Of a DNA stretch of 49,217 bases, positions 22,651 to 34,199 are shown in pieces. The DNA lies in NCBI GenBank assembly GCA_048128005.1, contig JBEUKZ010000118.1:62001-111217 (forward strand), in the 5' to 3' direction. Numbering within the stretch: the stretch's first letter is position 1; every line of letters begins with the position of its first letter. This stretch comes from Veleropilina oligotropha (lineage: Eukaryota). The notes beneath the pieces were generated by a model. The model had not been told where the DNA came from. It worked only from the letters and a program-made list of their open reading frames with translations, and did not search any database. The translations under genes were made by a program, and so were the position numbers.

Positions 22651-25193
22651 AAAATAGACATATTTATTTAAATATTATGGGAATATGGTGGATTATTTTC
22701 GTATCATCTCAAAGGCAGCAAGCCCACAATTGTTCCATCAAATTATGTTTGAATATATTACTTGCATGTTTTAAATTAATTCCGGAGTGAAAATGAATAA
22801 TTTCATGCATATGTTCCCACATTATCTAGCAATATATCATACGAAAACATTTGAATGGATAGCTTTCCTTGGCGGCCTGTTCGAACAAAGGGATTGAAAC
22901 ACGATGATTTAAAAAGCTGTCGGATCCTCTGTTTGAAACTTCACACTGAACAGAACAGTACGACTTAACAGATTAATGGTTATAAGTAATGATTAATAAT
23001 TGTTGTTATATCTCAATATTATGTTTTACTGAATAATGTGCATCTATGATTTAAATCAACTTCCAAGTAGAGAGTTATCGTTCCTGATGTCTGCCCTCTG
23101 TAGCGTATAGCACAACATCATGCGAGAAGATTGCTTCAAATATCACGCATAGCTGGAATATTCAATTGTGGGCGATAATCGAGTCATTGTATGAAGTGAT
23201 TCACAGCTCATGTCCATACTCATGCAGACATGTTTATATTCAGATATGGGGAAAACTCAAATCAATTACGGTTGATTTAAACTCACCCAGGTTTTCATGG
23301 ATTTTATGCTTTACCATGAACAATTGTCACTTTGACTGATCTAATATCCAAGAAGTAGTCACTGAGTTATAAATGTTCATTTGGATTTGCCTCTTTTAAT
23401 TACACCTGGCTACATGGAATAACCTTATAGAATATACGCATAAGCGAAATGTCGTCATTGGCGGAATAAACCTTAACAACTGCGAGTACATTGCATTTGA
23501 TATTTTATACAATTTGATTGCGATATAAGTTAAATAAGAATTAATAAGGATTAATTTTATTTTATAATTATTGGTGTAAGCAATTTCTATATTTAATAAT
23601 ATTACTTTTTGAAAAGCTGTTGGTAAAGAACTGTAAAATAAGCAATATGTATATTAGGAAGACGGAATATGTCATTATTGTGTCATTACGTACGTGCCAT
23701 TATCAAGAATTTGACATCGTGTGGTTAAGAAATATATAATATCCGGAGGCACTTAACAATGTTCGGTTAGTTTCATGGGATTTTTACGCCTGAGTCCAGC
23801 TCTTCTTCATATCAGGTCCAGTCTGCTTCACTCCCCGGTTGAAAATATGTGTTAATAATTAGCTAACATCTTTCGCTATTTTTCTTTAGTTCATTTGCAA
23901 TTTAATAACGAACGACCTTCCCCAGGCTAAATTAGCCACGAGTGATATCCCTAAATTAGGCTAATGCACCCAACCGCGGAGACTATCAATTCGTCCTGTG
24001 ACGAATTCGACCAGCTGTGCTGTGGCATCACATCATTGATATTCATGCTGCTAGATATCTTAATGGCAACTGAACCAGCTTTGATTCTCGCCACCTATCT
24101 GCGTTGTCCATCGATACTAAACCCATGTTGTGTGTTTGTATATCTCTTTTATAACTTTTTGAGCAGGTATAAATGACATTTGTAATATTATATTAATTAC
24201 ATTGCATTAAATGGACTTGTCAACATTTATTTCAAAACAATGACCCCTACCCTTCAAATAGAGTTTAACATGAAGGAAATTAACAGAAAGAAACTGGCGT
24301 TTGAGGTAACTGTCGTATATGTGCAGCTATCGAAGGTATTTGAACAGCATCCCTCAATAATTATTGTTTCTCCACCCTCTCCTGGAAGAGGTGGGCAGGC
24401 GAATTGTTTTGTAGATGTATCAAGTTGTATTTCTCTCTCCCTATCCAAGATAATTTGGTACTGATAACAGGGATTACCTATTAGGGTTTTAAAGTAAAGA
24501 CCCGAAAATGTAAAAAGTCAATAAAGTTAATGTTGACGGACATATTTGCAACAATTGTAGGTGGTAGACCTACCACTTCCATAAGTGATGTCAACCTTAT
24601 GCATTCCATTTTCATCAACTGTATTTATTTTGCATGCATATTTATTGTATATTTTTCAGAAAATGTTATGACAGCGGATAACACCACAGTGTAGGCCGTG
24701 CGATAGAGAATTGGAAAGTACCTGAAGTATCCCTATCAGCGACGAGCAGCACGAACTATTATTAGAATAATCTCTGTTGATACAATAATGCACATAATTA
24801 TGCTGTAAATACACATGATGACTTTGAAGTTTTGCCAGTTTCTTTCAATATAATAAGTTGGATTTGTTCCAAATTGATGTTTTGATGTTTAAGTTTTCCG
24901 GCATTAATCTGATCAATCATGTTTGAATGATGAGACTGCCACGTAAAGAAATATCTCTGGAATACCCGACGATCGAACCCAGGAGTTCTTATTTGAAAAC
25001 CAATGATACTCTGTCACGTTGAATTGGATTAGAACTATGCTTAATATCTTGTATATAACAACCTCAATGGTCAAATCATGACATGTCCATATTATTGTGA
25101 GTTAAAAGCCCGGTCGCAAGAATAAACCTGCCAACTCCGGTCAGTTACGAACAACTGTGATTGGTGACTTAACAAAGAATGTCATTGCCCTAA

Positions 25194-25353
25194 CCGATAT
25201 TCGAACGCACTTCTGTTAGTGAGAGCCGATATTCGAACGCACTTCTGTTAGTGAGAGCCGATATTCGAACGCACTTCTGTTAATGAGAGCCGATATTCGA
25301 ACGCACTTCTGTTACTGAGAGCCGATATTCGAACGCACTTCTGTTAGTGAGAG
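25194..25353. repeat. 32-bp minisatellite, 5 copies
   Basis: ccgatattcgaacgcacttctgtta(g/a/c)tgagag head-to-tail. Confidence 0.97.
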
Positions 25354-25539
25354 CAGTTACGCCAATTATTTCAGGGTCGGCATTCGAGATTACGCAGCTA
25401 CCGGAGCGACAGCAGGATTCGGGAAGTCCTTCATGTAAGACTGCATGACATATATTTAATGGTAGCGAACCCTGCTTAACTACCACTGACCCCAATACCC
25501 ATGGAATTTGTCCAGTTTAGGATTAGGTATATCTGCAAA

Positions 25540-26065
25540 ACCAAAAGACGTCTTTTATATGACATAAACAAGACGTCTTTTATGCGAAGTCGAAAAGACG
25601 TCATTTATGCAACGTCTAAAATACGTCTTTTATTCGACGTCGAAAATCGTCATTTATGCGACGTCTAAAGGACGTCATTTATACGACGTCTACAAGACGT
25701 CTTAATTTGGTCGTGTATACAAAACAGAAAGACGTCTATTATAAGACGCCTAAAAGACGTCTTTTACTCGACGTCTAAAAGACGTCTTTTATACGACTTC
25801 TAAAGCACGTAATTTATAACACGTTTAAAAGACGCCTTAATTAAGTTTGTCGTATAATATTATGGTCTTTGATGCGACGACTGTTAGACGTAGTATATAA
25901 CACGTCTTTAAGACGTTGTATAAAAGACGTCTTGTAGACGTCGTATAATAGACGTCTTGTAGACGTCGTATAATAGACGTCTTTTGGCTTTCCATATACG
26001 ACCAAACTTAGACGTAAATAAGATGTCAGATTAAGACGTCTTAAAGACATCGTGTTCCCACTGGG
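25540..26065. mobile_element. CMC/EnSpm-like non-autonomous element with inverted arrays of agacgtc repeats
   Basis: aaagacgtcttttatacgacgtcta array, then the same array inverted, ending gtgttcccactggg; left terminus missing. Confidence 0.65.
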
Positions 26066-26339
26066 GCATGCACAATTGTCATACATTTACAATAAATGTA
26101 AATTAATATGAAATGCATGCCTTCGAAATGTCTATTTCGTTTGGCCTTGTGAACCTAGACATTAGTGGACAGACAGTGTATACATCAGGACGATAATATG
26201 TCTAACGAATAGAATATTGAGTCATAAAATATATGCCTATTTAATTGAGATAGTATGACCATAGGTAAACATAAAATTTTGGCCAAGTGAGGTAGGGGTT
26301 AAAACCAAAAATAACATTTAATAACGAGTATAACCATCT

Positions 26340-26875
26340 GTTCAATTGACCACTGAAGTATATCGCAGGGCCATAGAATTGACTAAAGTGTTGGGGTCTG
26401 CCTGTGGAATATTGTTCCATTCCTGAATGAGTGCATGGCGGAATTCGCTGACGTTCGCAGGTGGGTTGGGACGACGCATCGCTCGTCTGTCCATACTATC
26501 ACAAGCGTGCTCGATAGGGTTGAGAACAGGACTTTTACCTGGCCAGTCATCGATGAAAGCAATGTTATTTGTCCTAATACAATTTACAGTATCTCTAGCT
26601 GTACGAGATGTGGCATTGTCATGCAGAAGATCGAGATGTTAATTGGCGTTGTTATGGAAACAGAGGAATGACGTGATGGGCGATAATATCATCGCGGTAA
26701 AGTTGAGCATCGATGACGACTAATGGTGAACGATAACTTTGGGCAATGGCTTCCTAAACCATAACAGAATCCCCACCCCCGAAACGATCTCGTTGAAGAA
26801 CAGTCAGCATAGCGTTCATTTATTCAACGTTAGACGTGAACCCTGCCATCACCACATTGTAAAGAAAATCCGACT
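26340..26875 (-). pseudogene. Tc1/mariner transposase remnant
   Basis: Minus strand reads RFGGG.SVMV, HDNAT and DWPGKSPVLNPIEH, matching Tc1 DNAxxH / WPxxSPDLNPIE motifs. Confidence 0.8.
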
Positions 26876-26959
26876 AGAAAATCAGATCAGGTAGCTCATC
26901 GATGCAATATGTAACATATTCAATGGGCACGAATATTTCGTCGAGTTGATGTGGCCATA

Positions 26960-27830
26960 TAATGTTGTTAATTCCTGTTAACATTTTAAATACCTGAATC
27001 ATATCCCCCCGTGTCCTTCTCAAAGACAATGTAGTGAGGTTAAGTGCTCTTAGTCTATCCAAAAAGGTAATTATCTCAATTCATCTATCACTTTTGTGGC
27101 TCTTCTTTGAACTTGTTCAATAATTTTGATATGGGCTCCATGCTTGCACTGCATATTATAAATGCGGTCTAGCCATTTGCTTGTATAAGCGTGTTATGAT
27201 GACTCTGGATATACAATTAAAGTTTCTCTTTATCATTCCCAATATTTGATTTCCCTTTTTAGCTGATTCTGCACATTGATTTGATGAATTAAACGTCTTG
27301 TCTACCCATACACCCAAATCTTTCTCTTTTGTTACTACTTCCAAGATATCTGAACCCATTTTATAATTGAAAGTTTTGTTGTTTTAACCCGCATGCAATA
27401 CCTTGCATTTACTGGTGTTAAAAAGCATTTGCCAATCCTCTGACCATTTTATCAGATTGTTTAAATCACTTTGAAGTGTTTTTGCATCTTCGTCAGTTTC
27501 AACAATTCTGTACAATTTGGTATCGTCTGCAAACTTTTTTACAAGAGACGTAATAACGTCATCAATGTCATTTAAATATATAAGAAACAGCAATGTGCCC
27601 AAGACAGAACCTTGTGGGACTCCACTTAGTACAGGCTCCCACTTTGACTTGATCCCATTTATTACAACCCTCTGTATTCTATTTTCTAGCCACATCCTTA
27701 TCCAGTTTAATATTGGACCTTTCAGACCATGGTTACTTAATTTTTGTATCAGCCGTTTATGTGGTACTACGTCGAATGCCTTTTGAAAATCAAGATATAT
27801 TATATCAACTGGTTTGCCCGTATCTACCAC
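26960..27830 (-). pseudogene. CR1-type LINE reverse transcriptase fragment
   Basis: YLDFQKAFD, GVPQGSVLG, FADDTKL, LSLRRTRGDMIQVFK; interrupted by stops and frameshifts. Confidence 0.9.
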
Positions 27831-29600
27831 CTCGCTGGATGGAACAGGCGGCACAGGTTATGGATACTGTACTCGACCGTTCGAATTCTGTTCTGTCTGT
27901 CCTGCACGTTCTGGACAGCGTCTCGAGCGCATCCTTATATGGGATCGCATGTGCGCTCGTTGCTCATTTATTATTTAACCGGATCACCGCATACCTTAAA
28001 ATTGGCGCTGTCAAAGTATTAGCATATTTGAGCCATTTAAGTAGAGGTAAGATCGGTAACTAAGACCTTTCACACTATCATTAGCTATAGTTGCGCAATA
28101 CATCATTCTTTAACAAAGAACAACGATTGTTTTCCTTCGTCTGTTTAACAAATTATATACACTATTGCGGCTGAAATTCACCATGTAAAAATATTAGAAC
28201 ACATCGGTTCTCAGTGATTTCGGTTAAACTAATGTTAACAAATTCGCCGCCGAGGACGATGTGTATCGTCTCACCTTTTATTATTTAGGCGCCAGAGACT
28301 AGATGTCTGGTCACCTATGATGTATATCCGATATATCCATGACGTATGGGTGAACAGTACCCTGGGGGCGAACGTGTTAATGTCGCATGTCGATATTGTT
28401 CTTAGCATAATCGTAAGTGGTGCCATTTAATGATGAAGGCATTACTTATGCTTAATCAGTTTGTGGAGACTGACTATTTAACAGTGGCAAGATGTGCACA
28501 GGAGTGTACCTGTTGCAAACAGTACTGAACAAAATAGTATTACACAAGCCAAAGCGACGATTTACTGGCAAATCATTGATGAAGATAATACTTTTAGTAA
28601 CTAGTAATACGATAACACGAAAAACTTTCTTCGTTCCTGTTACTTGCTCATACAAAATTACGGTAGGTAGGCAAATATTTTCCTAGGTGGGGGTGGGGGG
28701 GGGGTATATTTGTAAATGCATATAATGTCTAGAAGAAAACCATATCATGTCATATCCCTCCGACAGCATGAAATTAATGATTAAGGTCTATTTATTAGAC
28801 ATGTTACACACCAAACATCCATACAGAGAGCAAATAGGACTGCAGATTGACAAGATAGACAGTCTGCCGTGAGATTGAGTTTTTTTTAATAAATCACTGA
28901 TGCAATGTGATAAAATGGGTATGGGATAAAATTCTAGTTGGGATCGGGTTACAAACATTACCCAAGGCATTTTTTGGCGTAAATAAATTGCTATTGGCCG
29001 TTTGTTCATTTTCAATACATTTGTTTGTTTTAGTTTCCGTAGCATTATGTTGGTAATGCTGGACCATTACATAATTTCGATGCATAATAACTGCATGTTA
29101 TAGCCGCACCAGATACGAAATCTCATACGTAAGTAGTCAGTACCATGCAATAATGATATTTTCAATTTCATCTTAGGGACTAGTCATTTATTATAGGGGG
29201 GGTGGGCCGGTGAGATTGGGGGGTGGGTCATGAAAAAAGACACAGGATTTAGGGGTGAGTCATGAAAAAATGCACAGTGTTTGGGGGGTGGGTCATGAAC
29301 AAATTACACAACATTTTGTAATACATAGAATGCAGAAGAGGGTGTTTCACATGCGAGCAATTGATCAAAGGTTGGGAAAGTTTGACTCTATTACCCCTTT
29401 TGAAAATGACAGTGGTTTTAGGGCTGGGTCATGATAAAAAGTGTGGTGTAATACTTTGGTGAAAATTATTCATAAAGGTTGTCAAAATTACATATTTGGT
29501 TTGCACTCTCAGAATGCAGGAGAGGGGTTTCCAGTGTCGTAGAAGCCGGGGGGGGGGAAATACCCTCAAGATTTTTAGAAGTGCCCTTAAATTTACAAGT

Positions 29601-29828
29601 TAATAATAATAATGTGGATACTTATATTGCGCTTTTTCCATGCACGAATGCTTGCTCAAAGCGCTACATTATTATGCCCTGGTTAACGGCCTGTTCTGTT
29701 CGAGATTCTATCTCAACTCTCTATGCCATCTCAACTCCCTCTGGGAGCATTACAGTCATTTACACGCGGGTAGCGCCATGACTTACATACTGACAATTCC
29801 CTCACTGCCAACCAGGTACCCACTCAGA
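29601..29828 (-). mobile_element. Short retroposon 3' end with (TTA)n tail
   Basis: Insertion relative to the left arm, starting taataataataatgtggatacttat. Confidence 0.5.
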
Positions 29829-29906
29829 TCTCAGATGTGCACTCAAATTATATACGCGGGCTCAAAGTTTGTTATAAAATAACGGGTATTACCCCCCCCC
29901 CCCCCA

Positions 29907-30641
29907 TTTTTAGCTCGACTATTCTAAAATAGTACGAGCTATTGCAGTCACCCTGTCGTCGGCGTCGGCGTTGGCGTCAAACTTCAGGTTAACATTTTGC
30001 ATGAAGGGTCTTTTCTCACAATTTTTTCAAACTACAACTTTCAAACTTCATACACTTGTTCAATGTCATTATGCGACCTTACATATTATGCGTAATAACT
30101 CTGGCTTCGTTGTTTTACCAAATTATTCCCCTTTTTCGACTTAGACAAGTCAGGTTAATGTTTTGCATGAAGGGTCTTTTCTCACAATTTTTTCACACTA
30201 CACCTTTCAAACTTCATACACTTGTTCAACGTCATTATGCGACCTTACATTACATGCGTAATAAATCTGGCTTCGTTATTTTACCAAATTATTCCCCTTT
30301 TTCGACTTAGACAATTCAGGTTAATGTTTTGCATGAAGGGCCTTTTCTCACAAAGTCAACTTCAGGTTAACGTTTTGCATGAAGGGCCTTTTCTCACAAA
30401 GTGTTCATACTACAGCCTTGAAACTTCATACGCTTGTCACATCATTATGCGAACTTGCAATACAAGGGCCATAACTCTAGCTTCATTTTTACCAAATTAT
30501 TTCCATTTTTCGACTTAGATAATTCAGGTTAATGTTTTGCATGAAGGGCCTTTTCTCACAAACTGTTCACACTACAGCCTTGAAAGTTCATCGATCTAGC
30601 TTTTGATAGTCGAGCATGCTGTCCTTCTGACAGCTCTTGTT
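29907..30641 (+). mobile_element. Helentron/DINE-1-like non-autonomous element carrying 166-bp tandem repeats
   Basis: Inserted in a T-run; subterminal IR gctcgactat / atagtcgagc; (gtcggc)n; 3' hairpin gctgtc-cttct-gacagc; units at about 29985, 30151, 30317, 30363 and 30525. Confidence 0.88.
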
Positions 30642-31909
30642 TATTGATGCCCTTAGACAGACTCAAAAGTACATATATGACTTCGTAGTTTCTGTGTGCA
30701 CCATCTCCAGAATTGATTTTACTGCCTATTTTAGATCAAAATCTGCTATCGATCAACTATGCCCACTTTATGCAATTGTGTGCGATTTTTATACAATAAG
30801 GGGGGGGTATTTCACCCCCCAATATTTTACTGATGCTCATAGACAGAAGGCTTAAAGTATATATCTGAGTTCATAGCTTTTATCACACGTACAATATCCT
30901 TGAGATATCTGCATCTACCGACAGTCACCATTCTAGAGAGTATATTTATTATACAGCTGACTGAGCATGCGGCTATTACATGCCTTCACCTTTTATGAAG
31001 TGATGAAATGATTCGTAAATATTGTTAAGAAATATCACATTTACATCATCAGTATACAGGAGATTGTGTTTCGCACGGTTATTTGCCCAAAAATTATTCC
31101 CCTGGGGAGCAAGGTCCCACGACGCGGGCCATTGATAGTATAATTCTACCCCGTAAGGCGCTTCAAAGTCCTGTTGACCATCGTGTCCCCGTCAATGTTG
31201 TAGTCCCTGGTCATATATACAGCTGCATATTATATTTCAAAATCGTCTTTGGGCCATCTTTCAAATTGAAAACTTGTACAGAGTTGTGAAAATTATTCAA
31301 AGATGTTGGTAAGACCCATGCCCGACTAAGATTAAGAATTGTGGTCTGCGTATGTTTACAAATGACATCTAATCGATTTGACAATAACACGCAAGAAGAT
31401 ATAACCAAGACGAAGGAAATCATTGTTCCGAGGAATACAAATAAATCCAACACGTGCAGCAGTTTGATTTAGAGAATATCTACAGGAAAATAAATTACAC
31501 ACGGATTGCGAAAAGTTCGATAAAGTACATAAGGCTAGCGATATACTGGGACACTTTTACGTCGATTTAAGGACAAAGTAAGGGGGCTATATACGACGAC
31601 AACAATAGAGGGGATAAGGCATGGAATTAACAGATATTAGAAGATTAATTATTGTTAAACAGTGTTTATTTATTCCCAAATGCAAGTGTGTTAACAACGT
31701 GACGTCACATGTTTGCAATATGCCGTGACGGAAAATAGAGATGGGTCGATTCATATTAAATACTGCCAATATTCAGACCATTTATTTCATTTGAATGTAA
31801 GATAAAATCGTTGTCTTCCGATCACTCGGTGAAATCGGTGATTGTATTCCTTCCTGAAGCTACGCGCTTCGGGGTACAACGTCAGGCGCAATACAATCAC
31901 CGATGTCTC

Positions 31910-32293
31910 CAGATGCGGATCCAGGGGGGGGGGGCCTAAAGCTGATCAAGCATACTAAAATAATATGTATAATTTGATACAAATGACTTTCAGAACATTA
32001 TAAATAGGCCTACCTAGCTTTTGCAATGTAATAATGCAGGAGGGGGGATATCACACCTTAATTGTCCCACGCGGACAATTCGATTATGACAAAATAAAAA
32101 AAAATTTGAGTGACGGTGGTTCATAAAAAGTTAGAATGAAATATCGCTTTTGCCTGTCTGAGTGCAGGAGAGGGGTTTCAGGTTGTGGATTGTCAAAATA
32201 ATCTTTCGCATGGGGCCCCGCCCCCACGCGAATATTTGATGGTAAATTCAGCGCGCCCCCCCCCCCCTAAGCAAGATACCTGGATCCGCGTTG
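31910..32293. mobile_element. MITE (gcggatccagg TIR family), probable 5-bp TSD
   Basis: cagatgcggatccagg...cctggatccgcgttg flanked by gtctc / gtccc; the left arm has the empty site (gggac at 32-36). Confidence 0.85.
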
Positions 32294-33681
32294 GTCCCCC
32301 TCGTGATCGGAAAACAACTTATAATATGAGCATGTATTATGGTATAGGAGAGAGCAACCGGTCGTAGAATATTGTTTTCATGTCTATATTTCTCCATATT
32401 CGTATCGATATGACTCACGTCCATTATTGCGTTGCAGTTCGCCGGATTGGGGCGATTACAGATGCAGGTAACTTTTACATTTTGCAAAATTTCGTCCAAA
32501 GCGTTTTGTCATGTATCGTCGTTTAAATATCGATTAACTTTCAATCCTGCGTCGATAATGTTCAACGGGCAAAAAGGTGTCCTGTATCGCAAAACGAACG
32601 CCTACCGTGCCAGGAGTAGCAGTGCGCGTGCCTGGATAATCTATCGCACTGAACCGTCAGTGACAATAGCTGCGTCAAAATGCCTTGATGGTATTTCAAT
32701 ATCGACTTTTGTGTTCATGTAGTTTTATCAGCAGTATCATCTTTACTAAAAACGTATACAAAAGTATTTGGGAAACGATCACTTTATCGCATTAATCCAA
32801 TTACATTGTTTTTATACATCGTATATAATGGACATAAGCTTCAAACTTTACAAAAAATATAATTTTATTTTTGGGCGAAGATTGCATTCTTGTCTGTCGC
32901 TTTAGTAAAAATATTGAGCTTCGCTGCGGTCACGTGATGTTGACGATTTATAATTGATTACTGCATACTAGCAGAATATTACAATTACATCTATCTCCAT
33001 TTAACACTGTATTATTATTTAGAAATTAAATCATTCATATATATTACATCAGATTTTGACTGAAACACTTAAATTCACCCAATTGCCATCGACTTTGGTC
33101 ATGTCCCCTGTGATTGACTGTACTTGGGCTGATTTTGGTGCGTTCGAATTTGAACTTCGGCTGTTTGTATTTTATCCACATTTTAACCGTATTATTACGT
33201 TTTAGTCCCCCAAGAACGCGAAAATAATCATAAGCAACGCAATGATTGATTGATTGATTGACGGCTAGAGCGCTGGCTCATTTGTTTCACATGGTCACTG
33301 ATTCAATCCCCGTTATCTACGAAATCAAACGAGTAGATGATTAATCCACAATACCACATTTTTAGTTTTATTTCGATTGCAAATTACGTCAATAAACGGA
33401 ATCAGCATCTTAAAGGATTGCTTCTATATTTTGTTTTTGTGTGTGGCTTCACTGAGTTGTATGCCTGAGTTGTATCCGTGATCTGTTCGCGACACAATTA
33501 ATGATTTGTAGATCATTGTTTGTATTTGTCATCGTATCGCAGTGAAAATGTATAAACTTGCTAAGGAAATTAGTATATGTATTAATATATTGCGTGTATA
33601 TTTCCAGGTAGCTGATAAAGGCAATTCACGCGGCGATTGGAGCTGTTATCTCCTTTTATCATTCGATGATCCTCAAAAAAT

Positions 33682-33775
33682 GTTCAACTAGTTGAACACA
33701 ACACGATCGATGGTTCAACTAGTTGAACACAACACGATCGATGGTTCAACTAGTTGAACACAACACCGATCGATG
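33682..33775. repeat. 31-bp tandem repeat x3 containing a perfect 16-bp palindrome
   Basis: gttcaactagttgaac-acaacacgatcgatg at 33682, 33713 and 33744. Confidence 0.95.
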
Positions 33776-34199
33776 GTCAGTTATCGCGCAGAGCTACCCG
33801 CAGCGTCCAACCAGCACGTGACCAATAAAACAAGTTTCATTGAATAAGATGTGGAAATATGCGAATAGTTGGAATCGCATATAACAGTGTGAGAGTTTGC
33901 GATGTGAGACCTTTCTCTATCTAATTTTGAGTGTTGTGTCCTGTATAAAAAGAAGGGAAAACTGGCTCATTTATTTGAAGTAATATTTTGAATCAATGTG
34001 ATCTTAAATATTTATTTGGGAGCCAGGTATGTAGTTTACAGTACCCAAGGAATATTATATGCAATATCGTAACATAAATTCCAGGAGGTGAATATGAGAT
34101 ACTAGTATGATGTGATTCGAAGATAATGGGTACCAATGCTGAATTAAGCGTCATGTGACGATACTTTAGGGATTTGAGTTCCATAAACTTCAAAATGGT

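Larger units (their letters stand above)
29350..32329 (-). repeat. Right arm of the inverted duplication of 1-1644, with three later insertions
   Basis: Reverse-complement colinearity; insertions at about 29601-29828, 29907-30641 and 31910-32293 are absent from the left arm. Confidence 0.9.

Noticed and set aside
25194..26065. CRISPR array
   Set aside because: Head-to-tail minisatellite and TE subterminal repeats without unique spacers; no cas genes; eukaryotic context.
33682..33775. Mini-CRISPR (palindromic repeat)
   Set aside because: The intervening sequences are essentially identical, so it is a tandem repeat.
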